In this document: piece after piece, positions 11,252 to 21,020 of the stretch
Layout of the letters: each line of letters begins with the position of its first letter
How positions within the stretch are numbered: position 1 is the first letter of the stretch
Origin: an uncultured Planctomycetota bacterium
GTDB lineage: Bacteria; Planctomycetota; Planctomycetia; Isosphaerales; Isosphaeraceae
DNA length: 64,000 bases
Assembly: GCA_963823665.1 (NCBI GenBank)
Contig: CAWGMQ010000008.1
Coordinates: 1,152,001 to 1,216,000 of the forward strand
Direction: 5' to 3'
Translations under genes and position numbers: made by a program
The notes under the pieces: generated by a model
The model's input: the letters and a program-made list of their open reading frames with translations, nothing else
Databases searched by the model: none
Told to the model about the DNA's origin: nothing

Positions 11252-12001
11252 ATGTCCAAGAAGAGGATTTCACGAAACGCTCCGTGCCCATGCGGCAGTG
11301 GCAAGAAGTACAAGAATTGCTGCTATGGGAAGGGATTCGAGTGGGTCGAGGGCGAGGATGGAGCGGTTGGCAAGTCCATTCCCATGACCGAGGAAATTAC
11401 CGAGGTCTTTCAGCAACTTCGGCAAACCTTCATCGACAAGCACGGCCGGGAGCCCGAGCCAGATGAATTGCTCTTCACGGACCTGCCTCACCTGGAGCAT
11501 CTGGAGGCCATGATGATCGGAGACTTGAAGTCAGCCGGTCTAGACCCGGCCCTCATCTATGCTTTCGAGAAGACCGGCAGGCTCGTCTCGGAAGAGAACC
11601 AGCACTTGATTCCAGAGAAGGACCTGGAGGAATGGAGATCAGCCGTCGAGGAATACCGGAGGGAGCATTCAAAGCGACAGAGACCCATGAAGTTCCCAAC
11701 GGGAACCATGGCCTTTTACGGTCCCGATGATAAGACCACGACCAAGATTGCCGCAGGTGTGTTCACAGCAGAGAATTCCAAAGCGATTATCAAGCGTTGG
11801 GTTGCTACCGACGTGACGACCAACCCAAAGATCCAGCGGGAGATCGAGGAGTTCTTCAAAGAGCACGGGGTCAAGTCGGTCGCAATGAGCGATGGAAACA
11901 TGGGTTGCCCGCACGAGGAGGGAGAGGATTTCCCCGATGGCGAAGACTGTCCGTTTTGTCCTTTTTGGAAGGGGAAACAGGGAAGCAATCAGTGGTTCTG
12001 A
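11252..12001 (+). CDS. SEC-C motif protein with C-terminal Cys/His cluster
   Basis: RNAPCPCGSGKKYKNCC; C-terminal GCPHEEG...CPFCPFW; GGAGAG RBS. Confidence 0.85.
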   Translation: MSKKRISRNAPCPCGSGKKYKNCCYGKGFEWVEGEDGAVGKSIPMTEEITEVFQQLRQTFIDKHGREPEPDELLFTDLPHLEHLEAMMIGDLKSAGLDPALIYAFEKTGRLVSEENQHLIPEKDLEEWRSAVEEYRREHSKRQRPMKFPTGTMAFYGPDDKTTTKIAAGVFTAENSKAIIKRWVATDVTTNPKIQREIEEFFKEHGVKSVAMSDGNMGCPHEEGEDFPDGEDCPFCPFWKGKQGSNQWF

Positions 12002-12070
12002 GATCAAACCCGTCACGTGAACTTGCTTCCGATGTTCCTCACAGTAGATCCGTTGGAAAGATTTTGAGAC

Positions 12071-12382
12071 TTGAGCGTGCAAACGAAGAGAATCAAAATC
12101 ATTCCAGCCCTGCATGGCAAGCTGACTCGTGACGGGAAACTCAGCGAGCCGGATATCTACTACATTTTGGAGAAATGGCTGGAGCGTCATCCTTCGTTCA
12201 AAGGCAGGGAGAACGAGATCCGAATCGTCAGGGGTCGATGGACCCTCCCTGAAGGCATCAGAACCGAGGTCGTCTCAGTCTCTGTCATGGAACACAAGGA
12301 CATCGCCGGTTATGATCCCGCTCAGGATCGTGACTTGTACGAATACTATCTGGCGGAAGAGGGATACTACCAGGAGCTGTAG
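12071..12382 (+). CDS. Small hypothetical protein
   Basis: 103-codon ORF following the SEC-C gene. Confidence 0.55.
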   Translation: MSVQTKRIKIIPALHGKLTRDGKLSEPDIYYILEKWLERHPSFKGRENEIRIVRGRWTLPEGIRTEVVSVSVMEHKDIAGYDPAQDRDLYEYYLAEEGYYQEL

Positions 12383-12582
12383 ACGACGGCGTTGTTAGAC
12401 CTGGCTGGTTCTCAGAATCGACACGGTTCAGCCTAGGCCACTCGAATCTTGCCCAGAACACCCCCTCAAGTCCATCTCGAACTCAATCCCCATGATCGGC
12501 GGTCGGCTGAAAAACCAACGGACGCCAAGAGCCCGCGCAGTACCGATCCTTCTCAGAATCACGTCCGGGAGGATTCTCTCCA

Positions 12583-12880
12583 GATCGACGAACAGCCCCC
12601 AGTCCTCAAGAATCTTTGAGCACCCAGCGTTGAACTCGGCAAAGCCGCTGAAGGTGCACGGACGGGGCGATCATAGTTCGATCCCACAAAGAGCTGCTTT
12701 GGGGCGTCTCGAATCTTTGAGGTAATTCTCGATCAGATCAAACATTCGGCGATAGGCAATGGGATGACGAAACGTGACATGGGCAATCTCGAATCCCGGT
12801 GCCGAGACGACCCCGCATGAATAGGGAGAAATGCCGGGAAGGAACAGGTAGTCACCTTGGGGATGAGGAATCAATGGCAT
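12583..12880 (-). pseudogene. Truncated CnbZ-like (aminomuconate deaminase-like) gene with in-frame TGA
   Basis: GDYLFLPGISPYSCGV...ALCGIEL*SPRPCTFSGFAEFN...WGLFVD, after which similarity is lost. Confidence 0.6.
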
Positions 12881-12899
12881 GAGACGGCTCCGTGGATGT

Positions 12900-13060
12900 T
12901 CAATGTCGCCTCTTCTTGAGGGCGCTTAGCGCAACGTCTATCATAACGCCCAACCCGACTCCCACGGCGTAGCAGGCAAGGTCGCTCCAAAGAAACCCAA
13001 AGCCCAGGATCAGCCCACCCAGGGTTGTTCGGCGGATCGAATCGATCCAGGGAGCGAGCT
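12900..13060 (-). pseudogene. 3' remnant of a DUF2809-like membrane protein gene
   Basis: PWIDSIRRTTLGGLILGFGFLWSDLACYAVG; 5' part replaced by the opposite-strand gene. Confidence 0.6.
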
Positions 13061-13064
13061 GTTG

Positions 13065-13823
13065 ATGGTTCCGACAAGAAAGACCCTGGTTTGTTTCCTC
13101 CTCATTGGGATCTCCGTCTGGGGCGTCCTCTCGACCACGGCGATAACCATCTTCATCTTGTCGAACGATCAAGACCCTGACCACCGTGCCATCATCAAGA
13201 TGGGCGTCGGCTTGATCCTCATCTGGTGCGTCCTGGGCGGGCTGGTCATGTGGGGGCTCAGGGACCGCTTCGTCCGTTGGGCGACCCGCATCTCCCTGGG
13301 CTGGCGAACCCGATTCGTGTTGCTCTGCATTGCTTTTGCCATGCTTGAAGAGGCGGTGACAACCGGCTTGACCAACATGGCACCTATGCTCGGAGCGGTC
13401 ACGGACGCTGCTCGGATCACGGTCTCCAAGAACTATTTCGTGGTGGTCTTCACGAACAGTGTGATCGTGTTCGTCCCGCTGTTTCTCTGTTGGGCCTGGC
13501 TGCTATCCCGCTACGATTTCCGCCCGATCGAAGTCTTACTTTTGTTCGGGCTGACTGGGACGCTCGCCGAGACCATCACCTTCGGTCCTCAGAACTTGAT
13601 CCAGGTCGGGATGTGGGTCTGGGTCTATGGGTTGATGGCGTACCTGCCCGCCTGCACGGTGCCCGAGGAACGAGGGACAAAGGTCGCCAGGTGGTGGCAT
13701 TGGCTGATGGCGGTTTTCTTGCCCCTTGTGTTTATCATCCCATTAGTCTTGTGGCTGGTCTGGAAGGCGGCAACCACGGCGTGGAACTTCTTGACGAGGA
13801 AGCGACCAACCGGTGGTGAATGA
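13065..13823 (+). CDS. Multi-pass membrane hypothetical protein
   Basis: About 7 hydrophobic segments; LEEAV motif. Confidence 0.75.
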   Translation: MVPTRKTLVCFLLIGISVWGVLSTTAITIFILSNDQDPDHRAIIKMGVGLILIWCVLGGLVMWGLRDRFVRWATRISLGWRTRFVLLCIAFAMLEEAVTTGLTNMAPMLGAVTDAARITVSKNYFVVVFTNSVIVFVPLFLCWAWLLSRYDFRPIEVLLLFGLTGTLAETITFGPQNLIQVGMWVWVYGLMAYLPACTVPEERGTKVARWWHWLMAVFLPLVFIIPLVLWLVWKAATTAWNFLTRKRPTGGE

Positions 13824-13966
13824 CGCATGTCAGGGGCTCATCGCGGAGATAATTGATCTTGGGAGGCGACGCTCGTGTCTTGCATGATTGACGCAAGAGA
13901 TCAGGGGTCGGCAGAATTGGGGCAACCGCCGATCCCAGACCATCAACGAGACAGGAGGACCCGCCG

Positions 13967-15382
13967 ATGAAGAAGAATGTCCTGACGATCACACTGCTGA
14001 CGCTCTCCCTCGTTGTTTGCCTCGACAGAGCAAGCCTCTGTGCTGACGACGGCTGGGTGGCGCTATTCGACGGCAAGACACTCGACGGGTGGACGGTTAA
14101 TGGCGGGACCGCTTCGTACAAGGTGGAGGACGGAGTCATCGTCGGCACGACCGTCGAGGGCAGCCCGAATACATTTCTGTGCAAGGGGGACTACAAGGAC
14201 TTCGTGCTCGAGCTCGAGGTCAAGTGCGACCCCCGGCTCAACTCGGGTGTTCAGGTCCGAAGCCATGTCTATCAGAAGGACGACCCAAACCCGGAGAACA
14301 GCAAGAGGGCCGGCGTCGTCTACGGCCCACAGTGCGAGATCGCCCGCAAAGAGACCGGGACGGCGGGGCGGTTCTACGATGAAGGACGACGGGGCAAGTG
14401 GCTCGCCGAGATCAAGCCCGAGGCCAAGGATGCGTTCCGGGACGATGACTGGAACCAGTACAAGATCGTCGTCCAGGGGAATCGCTATCGGTCGTGGATC
14501 AACGGGATCGCCGCCTCCGACTTCACCGATGCTGTCGACACCAGCGGCTTGATCGGTCTTCAGGTCCACGGCATCCCCAAGGATCAGGGGCCATATCAGG
14601 TGCGCTGGCGGGACGTCCGGATCAAGGAATTGAAACCGGGGGAGGAGGTGTCATCGGCCGAACCGCTGGAGGGTTTCAAGGCGATCTTCAACGGACGTGA
14701 CCTCACCGGCTGGGAGGGGAGTCCGAAGTACTGGTCGGTTGAGGATGGCTGCCTTACGGGCAAGGCGGACGGCACGCTCAAGTTCAACCGCTTCCTCACC
14801 TGGCGGGGTGGCACCGTCAAAAACTTTGCGCTGCGGGTGAAGGTCAAGGTCTCGCCCACCGGCAACAGCGGCCTACAATACCGTGGGACCGAGCGGCCCG
14901 ACCTGGGCGAATCGGTCGTCACCGGCTACCAGTGCGACGTTGTGCCCAACAGGCCCGACTACAACGGCATGCTCTACGAGGAGCGGGGCCGCCGCATTTT
15001 GGCTCACACGGGCGAGCAGGTCGTGATCGACCCGATGGGGCAGCCGTGGGTGGTCGGACAGTTCCCGCTCAAGGTGTTTCCACCCGACGCGTGGCATGAC
15101 TACCGGGTGCTGGCCGAGGGGAATCATTACCGACACTGGATCGATGGGCACATGACGGTGGATGTCATTGATCTCGACGAGAAGGGGCGGAAGCTCGACG
15201 GTGTTCTTGCGGTTCAGGTTCACGTCGGGCCGCCGATGACGATCCAGTACAAAGACTTTTTGTTGAAGGCGTTGCCTGACGACTTGCCGCTCTTGACTCT
15301 TGAGCACGCACTCAACCCGCCGGACGCTCGCAAGGTCGCGCCGCAGGGTCAGGACCCGCCGAGGAAGCCGGATGCGGAGTGA
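13967..15382 (+). CDS. Secreted tandem DUF1080 (3-keto-disaccharide hydrolase-like) protein
   Basis: GGAGGA RBS, signal peptide, two LF[D/N]G..L.GW...NSG.Q.R...[L/V]QVH domains. Confidence 0.9.
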   Translation: MKKNVLTITLLTLSLVVCLDRASLCADDGWVALFDGKTLDGWTVNGGTASYKVEDGVIVGTTVEGSPNTFLCKGDYKDFVLELEVKCDPRLNSGVQVRSHVYQKDDPNPENSKRAGVVYGPQCEIARKETGTAGRFYDEGRRGKWLAEIKPEAKDAFRDDDWNQYKIVVQGNRYRSWINGIAASDFTDAVDTSGLIGLQVHGIPKDQGPYQVRWRDVRIKELKPGEEVSSAEPLEGFKAIFNGRDLTGWEGSPKYWSVEDGCLTGKADGTLKFNRFLTWRGGTVKNFALRVKVKVSPTGNSGLQYRGTERPDLGESVVTGYQCDVVPNRPDYNGMLYEERGRRILAHTGEQVVIDPMGQPWVVGQFPLKVFPPDAWHDYRVLAEGNHYRHWIDGHMTVDVIDLDEKGRKLDGVLAVQVHVGPPMTIQYKDFLLKALPDDLPLLTLEHALNPPDARKVAPQGQDPPRKPDAE

Positions 15383-15723
15383 GCTGTCGTGCGGTGCAGG
15401 CGTGACCGGATCGGCCGGCGGCTCAAACTGGCTGATCCGGAGGACAACGCCCGGCTTTCTCGGACGCTCATGCAGTTCGATCGGATCGAGGCGGAAACGG
15501 CCCGCCTGCGGAAGTATCTGCTGGCGTACAAGTTCCGGACAGATAAGTTGAACCGGTGAGTATGTCGAGGGACTCGGTCTCTCCCTCATGATGGGGATCG
15601 TCTCATAGGTGTGAGTGGAAACGGCACGTTCAGCCTGGGGCGGATCCGAGAGTAAGAGGAACATGATGCTTCGTATGGACCATGCCACAGTCTAAATCCT
15701 CCATCTCAACGGAGATCCACCGC

Positions 15724-16584
15724 GTGGAGTTTAACCGCTTCGACGTTTCGGCCAAGGAATTGATCTGGGACGACCCTGCCGCGTGGCTGTATCGGCTGGG
15801 CATCGGGCCGCCAGGACCGGTCACTGTCGTCGACTCGGACGTTACCACTCTGACCGCGGCCGCTGACAAGGTGATACACGTGGGCGGAGCGCAGCCGTAC
15901 CTGGTGAATTTCGAGGTCCAATCGAGTAATCAGACGGACCTGGTTGAGACCACCTGGTTTCGGCACGCAGCGATCTTCCACCGGCACCGATTGCCGGTGC
16001 TAACCGTCATTGTTCTACTTCGTCGCGACGCAAATTCGCGGAGCCTGACGGGATGCTTTGAAATTCGTCTACCAGACGGCTGGCTTACGAATCAGTATAA
16101 TTATCGGGTGGTCCGAATCTGGCAGGAAGATGCGGAGTCGTATTTGGCCGCCGGGGTCAACTTGGTGCCGCTCGTCCCGCTGACCGACGTCCCGGAGAAC
16201 GGGCTGCGGGGCGTGGTGCAGCGGATGGCCGATCGGATCAATGCTGAGCCCGAGCCGCGGGCAGCGATGCTCTGGACCGCGACGTATCTGCTCATGGGAT
16301 TACGCTTCTCGAACGAATTTGCGTCTCAGTTGCTGGAAGGAGTGCAGAATATGCAGGAATCGACGACATACCAAGCGATCTTGAAAGAGGGCCACGAAAA
16401 GGGGCGCATGAGCGAAGCACAGCGGTTGCTCATGATGCTGGGTGAGGCTCGGTTTGGAGAACCGGACGGAGCAGTCAAGGGAGCGATCGAGACGACAAAG
16501 GATCTAGAACGACTGGAGCGGTTGACCAGGCGGGTCATTGATACGAGCGTCCAGGACTGGAACGGCCTGCTGGGAACGCGCTGA
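15724..16584 (+). CDS. Rpn/YhgA-like PD-(D/E)XK nuclease, copy 1
   Basis: AADKV...NFEVQS catalytic-like motif; MQESTTYQAILKEG and RFG C-terminal module; GTG start after GGAG. Confidence 0.75.
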   Translation: MEFNRFDVSAKELIWDDPAAWLYRLGIGPPGPVTVVDSDVTTLTAAADKVIHVGGAQPYLVNFEVQSSNQTDLVETTWFRHAAIFHRHRLPVLTVIVLLRRDANSRSLTGCFEIRLPDGWLTNQYNYRVVRIWQEDAESYLAAGVNLVPLVPLTDVPENGLRGVVQRMADRINAEPEPRAAMLWTATYLLMGLRFSNEFASQLLEGVQNMQESTTYQAILKEGHEKGRMSEAQRLLMMLGEARFGEPDGAVKGAIETTKDLERLERLTRRVIDTSVQDWNGLLGTR

Positions 16585-16603
16585 CTTTGCTGAACCTCAG
16601 GGT

Positions 16604-16690
16604 CTTAAGCGGTTAAGGGAGGAAGCCGACGAACTTTTTTGGTAGATTCATCGTTTTGAGACAGGTTCGATGGGGAACCGGCCTTTCATC
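16604..16690 (+). repeat. Copy of ECF sigma 3' end plus downstream intergenic element
   Basis: Reads LKRLREEADELFW* then ACAGGTTCGATGGGGAACCGGCCTTTCAT; matches 18097-18183. Confidence 0.85.
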
Positions 16691-16795
16691 ATGGTCCAGT
16701 GATCAGGCTCTCCGCGGGGAATTTTGTTGGTAGCCTCAGTGAAGTAGCTCAGGAATCGCGGATTTCACATCGATTATCTTGGGCACGCACGATTG

Positions 16796-17281
16796 ATGGC
16801 GACCGCGAAGACCAATGCCGTGAGACTGCTCGATACGCTGGGCGTCCGCTATGAGCTGCGGTCTTACGACGTCGATCCCGACGACCTCGCCGCGGAGTCC
16901 GTCGCCCAGAGGATCGGGATGCCTCCGGAGCAAGTGTTCAAGACTCTAGTCGCCAGGGGCGACAAGCACGGGGTTTGCCTTGCCGTCGTGCCGGGTAACT
17001 GCGAGCTTGATCTCAAGGCCCTGGCGAAGTGCACTTGTGACAAGAGAATTGAAACGGTGCTGCTCAAGGAGGTTGAACCCCTGACGGGCTACATCCGGGG
17101 CGGCGTGACGGCGCTGGCTTGCAAGAAAGCGTACCCGGTTTATCTTGATGAGACGGCACAGTTGTTCGAGGTGATTTCGATCTCGGGGGGGATGCGGGGA
17201 CTGCAGATCTTGCTCGCGCCTGGGGATTACATCCGAGCTGTGAATGCTCAACTGGTCTCTATCGCCAAAGGCAAGGAATAG
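16796..17281 (+). CDS. ybaK: Cys-tRNA(Pro) deacylase YbaK
   Basis: KTNAVRLLD, QVFKTLV, LDLKALA, TGYIRGG, SGGMRG. Confidence 0.9.
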   Translation: MATAKTNAVRLLDTLGVRYELRSYDVDPDDLAAESVAQRIGMPPEQVFKTLVARGDKHGVCLAVVPGNCELDLKALAKCTCDKRIETVLLKEVEPLTGYIRGGVTALACKKAYPVYLDETAQLFEVISISGGMRGLQILLAPGDYIRAVNAQLVSIAKGKE

Positions 17282-17556
17282 GTCGGGAATTTCAGCCCGA
17301 TTCGACCTCAAGGGCGCGTGCTGCTCGCGCCGAGATGTGGCGGAGTTCTGACAAGATTCTGCTTCCGCGCTCGAAGGCGAGGTCGCGAAGCTCGAGCATG
17401 GGATCACTCGTTCGAGCGTGCAGCAATAATCCCAGGATTGGATTACCAATCGAAGCGTGAGCCGAACTGGCTTTAGTAGACGGCTGCAATTCTCCTCGCA
17501 TCCGGATATCATGATCGGACAAAACGAGAGTCAGGAACATTACCGGGTCATCGCCC

Positions 17557-18138
17557 GTGAATCCGACTTCGCTTAGCTTGCTCGATCGACTCAAGGTCGC
17601 ACGTCCGGACGCGTCCGACTGGAATCGGTTGCACGCTATCTATCTGCCACTGATACAGAGATGGCTCGGTCGTGTTCCTGGCCTGGGAGACGAGTCGGCT
17701 GATGTGGCCCAAGAGGTTCTTGTAGTCGTTTTCCGTGAAATCCCGCGGTTCGACAGGCAGCGTGAGGGGTCGTTCCGAGCTTGGCTTCGGCAAGTGACGG
17801 TGAACAAGATTCGAAACTACTGCAGAAAGCGTCACCGCCGACCCACCGTGGGGCTCGACCCCGCCGATGGATTTCTCGAGCGATTGTCCGACCCGAACGA
17901 CGATCTTGCTCGCGAGTGGGATCGAGATCACGATAAGCACGTCGTTCAAAGGATATTGGCCGTCGTGCAGCCGGACTTTGCTCCGGCCACGTGGCAGGCG
18001 TTCCAACGTTTCGGCATCGATGGTGTGCCGGCCGGACGTGTCGCCGAAGAATTGGGCATTTCCGAGAACGCGGTCATTCTCGCGAAATCGCGCGTTCTCA
18101 AACGGTTGAGGGAGGAAGCCGGCGACCTGTTGTGGTAG
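17557..18138 (+). CDS. ECF RNA polymerase sigma factor
   Basis: TSLSLLDRL, DVAQEV, GSFRAWL, VAEELGISENAVILAKSRVLKRLRE. Confidence 0.92.
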   Translation: MNPTSLSLLDRLKVARPDASDWNRLHAIYLPLIQRWLGRVPGLGDESADVAQEVLVVVFREIPRFDRQREGSFRAWLRQVTVNKIRNYCRKRHRRPTVGLDPADGFLERLSDPNDDLAREWDRDHDKHVVQRILAVVQPDFAPATWQAFQRFGIDGVPAGRVAEELGISENAVILAKSRVLKRLREEAGDLLW

Positions 18139-18223
18139 CTTTCAGTTTTCGGGACAGGTTCGGGGCGGAGCCAGCCTTTCATTATCAGGAATCATCATTC
18201 GACAGGTCTCCGGAGACCGCCAG

Positions 18224-20881
18224 ATGGACGCCCATCAAGACGAGCATCCGACTGACCAGATTCTGAGCTCATTTGGCTTGGGCAAGCTTGACGCCGCTTT
18301 CGCGGAGGCAGTCAGCAAGCACCTGGAGCAGTGCCCAGACTGTCGCAAGCGGGTTGCTGAGATGTCGGCGGACAGCTTCCTGGAAAACGTCCGGCGCGTC
18401 CAGAATCCTGCCGATGGTTCGACTGTCGGCTATTCGCTCCTCGGCCGCACGCCGAGCGCCGGAGGCGAGATCGTCTCGGTGCCGCCTCCGTCTGGCACGC
18501 TCCCACCGGGCCTGGCTAACCACCCCGATTATGAGATCAAGCGGGAACTGGGCCGAGGTGGGATGGGTGTGGTCTATCTGGCCCACAACAAACTGATGGG
18601 CCGCGACGAGGTGCTGAAGGTGATGAGCCGGCATCTCGTGGAGCGGCCCGGGGTGCTAGAGCGCTTCCTGCGCGAGATTCGAGTCGTTGCCCGGCTTCGA
18701 CACCCGAACATCGTGACGGCGTACCACGCCACTCGACTGGGGGAGAGTATCGTCTTCGCGATGGAGTATGTCGAGGGTCTCGACCTGTCCAAGATGGTCA
18801 AGGCCAAGGGTGCTATGCCGGTTGCTTACGGGTGCAACTTCGTCTATCAGGCGGCACTGGGACTCCAGCACGCTCATGAGGAAGGGCTCGTCCACCGCGA
18901 CGTCAAGCCGGGCAACTTGATGCTCACTTGGAGGGGGGACAAGGTGGTTGTCAAGGTCCTCGATTTTGGTCTGGCGAAGGCGAGCCGCGAGGAGCACGTC
19001 GACGGCGCACTGACCTCCACGGGGCAAGCGTTGGGCACGCCCGACTATATTGCGCCTGAGCAAATCCGCGACGCCATGAGTGCTGACATCCGCTCCGACA
19101 TTTACAGTCTTGGTGGAACGCTCTATTACCTTTTATCCGGCCGCCCGCCATTCCGGGCGAATTCGCTTTACGACATCTATCGGGCGCACATCTCCCAGGA
19201 CGCCGACCCGTTGAATTTCGTGCGTCCGGAGGTGCCGGCGGAGCTAGCAGCCCTTGTGGCCAAGATGATGGCGAAGGAACCGGGCCGACGGTTCCAGACC
19301 CCTGGAGAAGTCGCACAAGCGCTCACGCCGTTTTTCAAGAAGGGAACTGTGGCGTTCAAGGTTCCCAAAATGGACGTGTCCCAGGACAGTCACTCCACGG
19401 ATATTGAGCCGGAGCTCGAGGCGGTCACGGAGCCGATTCCGTCGATGGCGGTCGCTGGAAGCCCGGCTCCAGGAGCAGAGAGCGCGGTCCAACGAACTGT
19501 TCCGGAGTCCCAGTGGGAGAATTTGATCGAGGTTCGGGATGCCGAAAGCGCCGTCGACTCGACGGTCCCAAGCTCGCCAAGGGGGTGGCCGCCGTCCGTC
19601 TCTTTGCCGGCATCGATCACGGCTGCCCTTTTGGGCCTGATCGTGGTTGGGGTCAATGTCATTGCGTACAGAGCTCCGGACGCCGCGCCAAGAGTCGCGG
19701 TCGTTGGGCCCAATCTGGCGGGCGACGGGACCTCGCGCGAACGCGCCGATGCGATACCCGCGCCACCGCCGGGTGCCACGCCGGGCGTGCCGTCGGAGGC
19801 GAGGCCCAAGCCTTCGACCGAGGGCGGGGGCGGTGAGACTACAGCCGAGTCCAGTCGTTCGGGCGGCGCCAACTCGTCGGATCGCGCCGGCGAGACGACC
19901 GCGAGGCCACCGGAAGCCGAGTCGAGAGTGGCGTCGCGTCCGAAGCCCGCGCCTCCGGTCGACGCGAAGGGAAGCAACAGTGCCGAATATCACGATCCGC
20001 TGGCCAAAGGGAATGCGGCCGACAATGCCAATGTAACGCCGAGCCCGCCGCCGAAAGCCAAACCGAAGATCGTTTCGTACGCAAATCTCAAGCGATCAGT
20101 CATCAACACAATCGAAATGCAGTTCGTTCTGATTCCTGACGGAGAGTTTACGATGGGCTCGGAACGTGGGCAAGGTGACGCGGACGAACACCCTCCGCAC
20201 AAGGTCCGGATCACTCGGCCGTTCTACCTTGGGGTTCATGAGTTGACCCAGCGCCAATACGACGCCGTGATGGGGCGCAATCCCAGCTATTTTTCACGGA
20301 ACGGTAAGGGCAAGCAACACATCGCGGTTGGGCAGTCAACCGAGGAGCAGCCCGTTGAGTGGGTATCCTGGCTCGACGCCGTGGCATTCTGCAATGAGCT
20401 CAGTAAGAAGGAGCATCGGAAGGAGTTCTATGACGTCGTGGGTGCGACAGTAACGATTCCATCCTGGGACGCCGATGGTTATCGGCTGCCCACGGAGGCC
20501 GAATGGGAGTACGCGGCAGGTCGGGATCCGGGGAATGTTAGTGAATACGCCTGGCATCGCGCCCCTAAAGAGAACCCCTGGAGTGTCACCCAAATAGTGG
20601 GCCGGAAGCCGCCGAACGGACTCGGCCTCCATGACATGTTGGGTAACGTACGGGAGTGGTGCTGGGACGCTTACGACGCCAGCTATTACAAGAACAAGCA
20701 ATATCCAATGGAGGACCCGCACGGCCCGGATGTTGACTTGGCCGAGCTTCGTGTCGTCCGCGGCGGGGGCTGCGATAGCGAACCGCGCTACTGCCGGTCG
20801 GCGAAGCGCACTGGTATCGTGCCGGATCGCCCGCGGCGGGACGTGGGCTTGCGGGTGGCCTGCGGCCCGTCGTGGCGCTAG
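18224..20881 (+). CDS. Kinase K1: zf-HC2 anti-sigma finger + Ser/Thr kinase + TM + FGE-sulfatase (C-type lectin fold) domain
   Basis: HLEQCPDC; GRGGMG, HRDVKPGN, DFG, APE; FTMGS, YRLPTEAEWEYAA, LHDMLGNVREW, RGG. Confidence 0.93.
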   Translation: MDAHQDEHPTDQILSSFGLGKLDAAFAEAVSKHLEQCPDCRKRVAEMSADSFLENVRRVQNPADGSTVGYSLLGRTPSAGGEIVSVPPPSGTLPPGLANHPDYEIKRELGRGGMGVVYLAHNKLMGRDEVLKVMSRHLVERPGVLERFLREIRVVARLRHPNIVTAYHATRLGESIVFAMEYVEGLDLSKMVKAKGAMPVAYGCNFVYQAALGLQHAHEEGLVHRDVKPGNLMLTWRGDKVVVKVLDFGLAKASREEHVDGALTSTGQALGTPDYIAPEQIRDAMSADIRSDIYSLGGTLYYLLSGRPPFRANSLYDIYRAHISQDADPLNFVRPEVPAELAALVAKMMAKEPGRRFQTPGEVAQALTPFFKKGTVAFKVPKMDVSQDSHSTDIEPELEAVTEPIPSMAVAGSPAPGAESAVQRTVPESQWENLIEVRDAESAVDSTVPSSPRGWPPSVSLPASITAALLGLIVVGVNVIAYRAPDAAPRVAVVGPNLAGDGTSRERADAIPAPPPGATPGVPSEARPKPSTEGGGGETTAESSRSGGANSSDRAGETTARPPEAESRVASRPKPAPPVDAKGSNSAEYHDPLAKGNAADNANVTPSPPPKAKPKIVSYANLKRSVINTIEMQFVLIPDGEFTMGSERGQGDADEHPPHKVRITRPFYLGVHELTQRQYDAVMGRNPSYFSRNGKGKQHIAVGQSTEEQPVEWVSWLDAVAFCNELSKKEHRKEFYDVVGATVTIPSWDADGYRLPTEAEWEYAAGRDPGNVSEYAWHRAPKENPWSVTQIVGRKPPNGLGLHDMLGNVREWCWDAYDASYYKNKQYPMEDPHGPDVDLAELRVVRGGGCDSEPRYCRSAKRTGIVPDRPRRDVGLRVACGPSWR

Positions 20882-21020
20882 GCCCGGGGTGCACCGAGGG
20901 GCTGAGTGGTTTCCTGGTCAACGGTTGTTGACACGCTCGCGCAGCGGGTGAGGCGCGCCGGTTTTTGTTGCGTTGAATCGGGAGGGAGGCGAGACGGCGA
21001 GCGAGCTGACGTATTCCTAA

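Noticed and set aside
12671..12673. Selenocysteine or recoded TGA in the CnbZ-like gene
   Set aside because: Position corresponds to Arg rather than Cys and the gene is also truncated
3580..14000. Integron cassette array (GTCTAAC near 4613, GTTAGAC near 12394, many short unrelated genes)
   Set aside because: Could not pair R'' and R' boxes into attC hairpins, gene orientations are mixed and there is no integrase
15420..15560. Protein-like shard LKLADPEDNARLSRTLMQFDRIEAETARLRKYLLAYKF
   Set aside because: No start and no family I can recognise
17292..17540. Minus-strand 100-aa ORF between ybaK and the sigma gene
   Set aside because: Overlaps the sigma start and has no recognisable motif; could be another shard but unsupported
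20740..20881. Diversity-generating retroelement target in the FGE-sulfatase tail of K1
   Set aside because: No template repeat or reverse transcriptase seen in the window; cannot exclude one elsewhere
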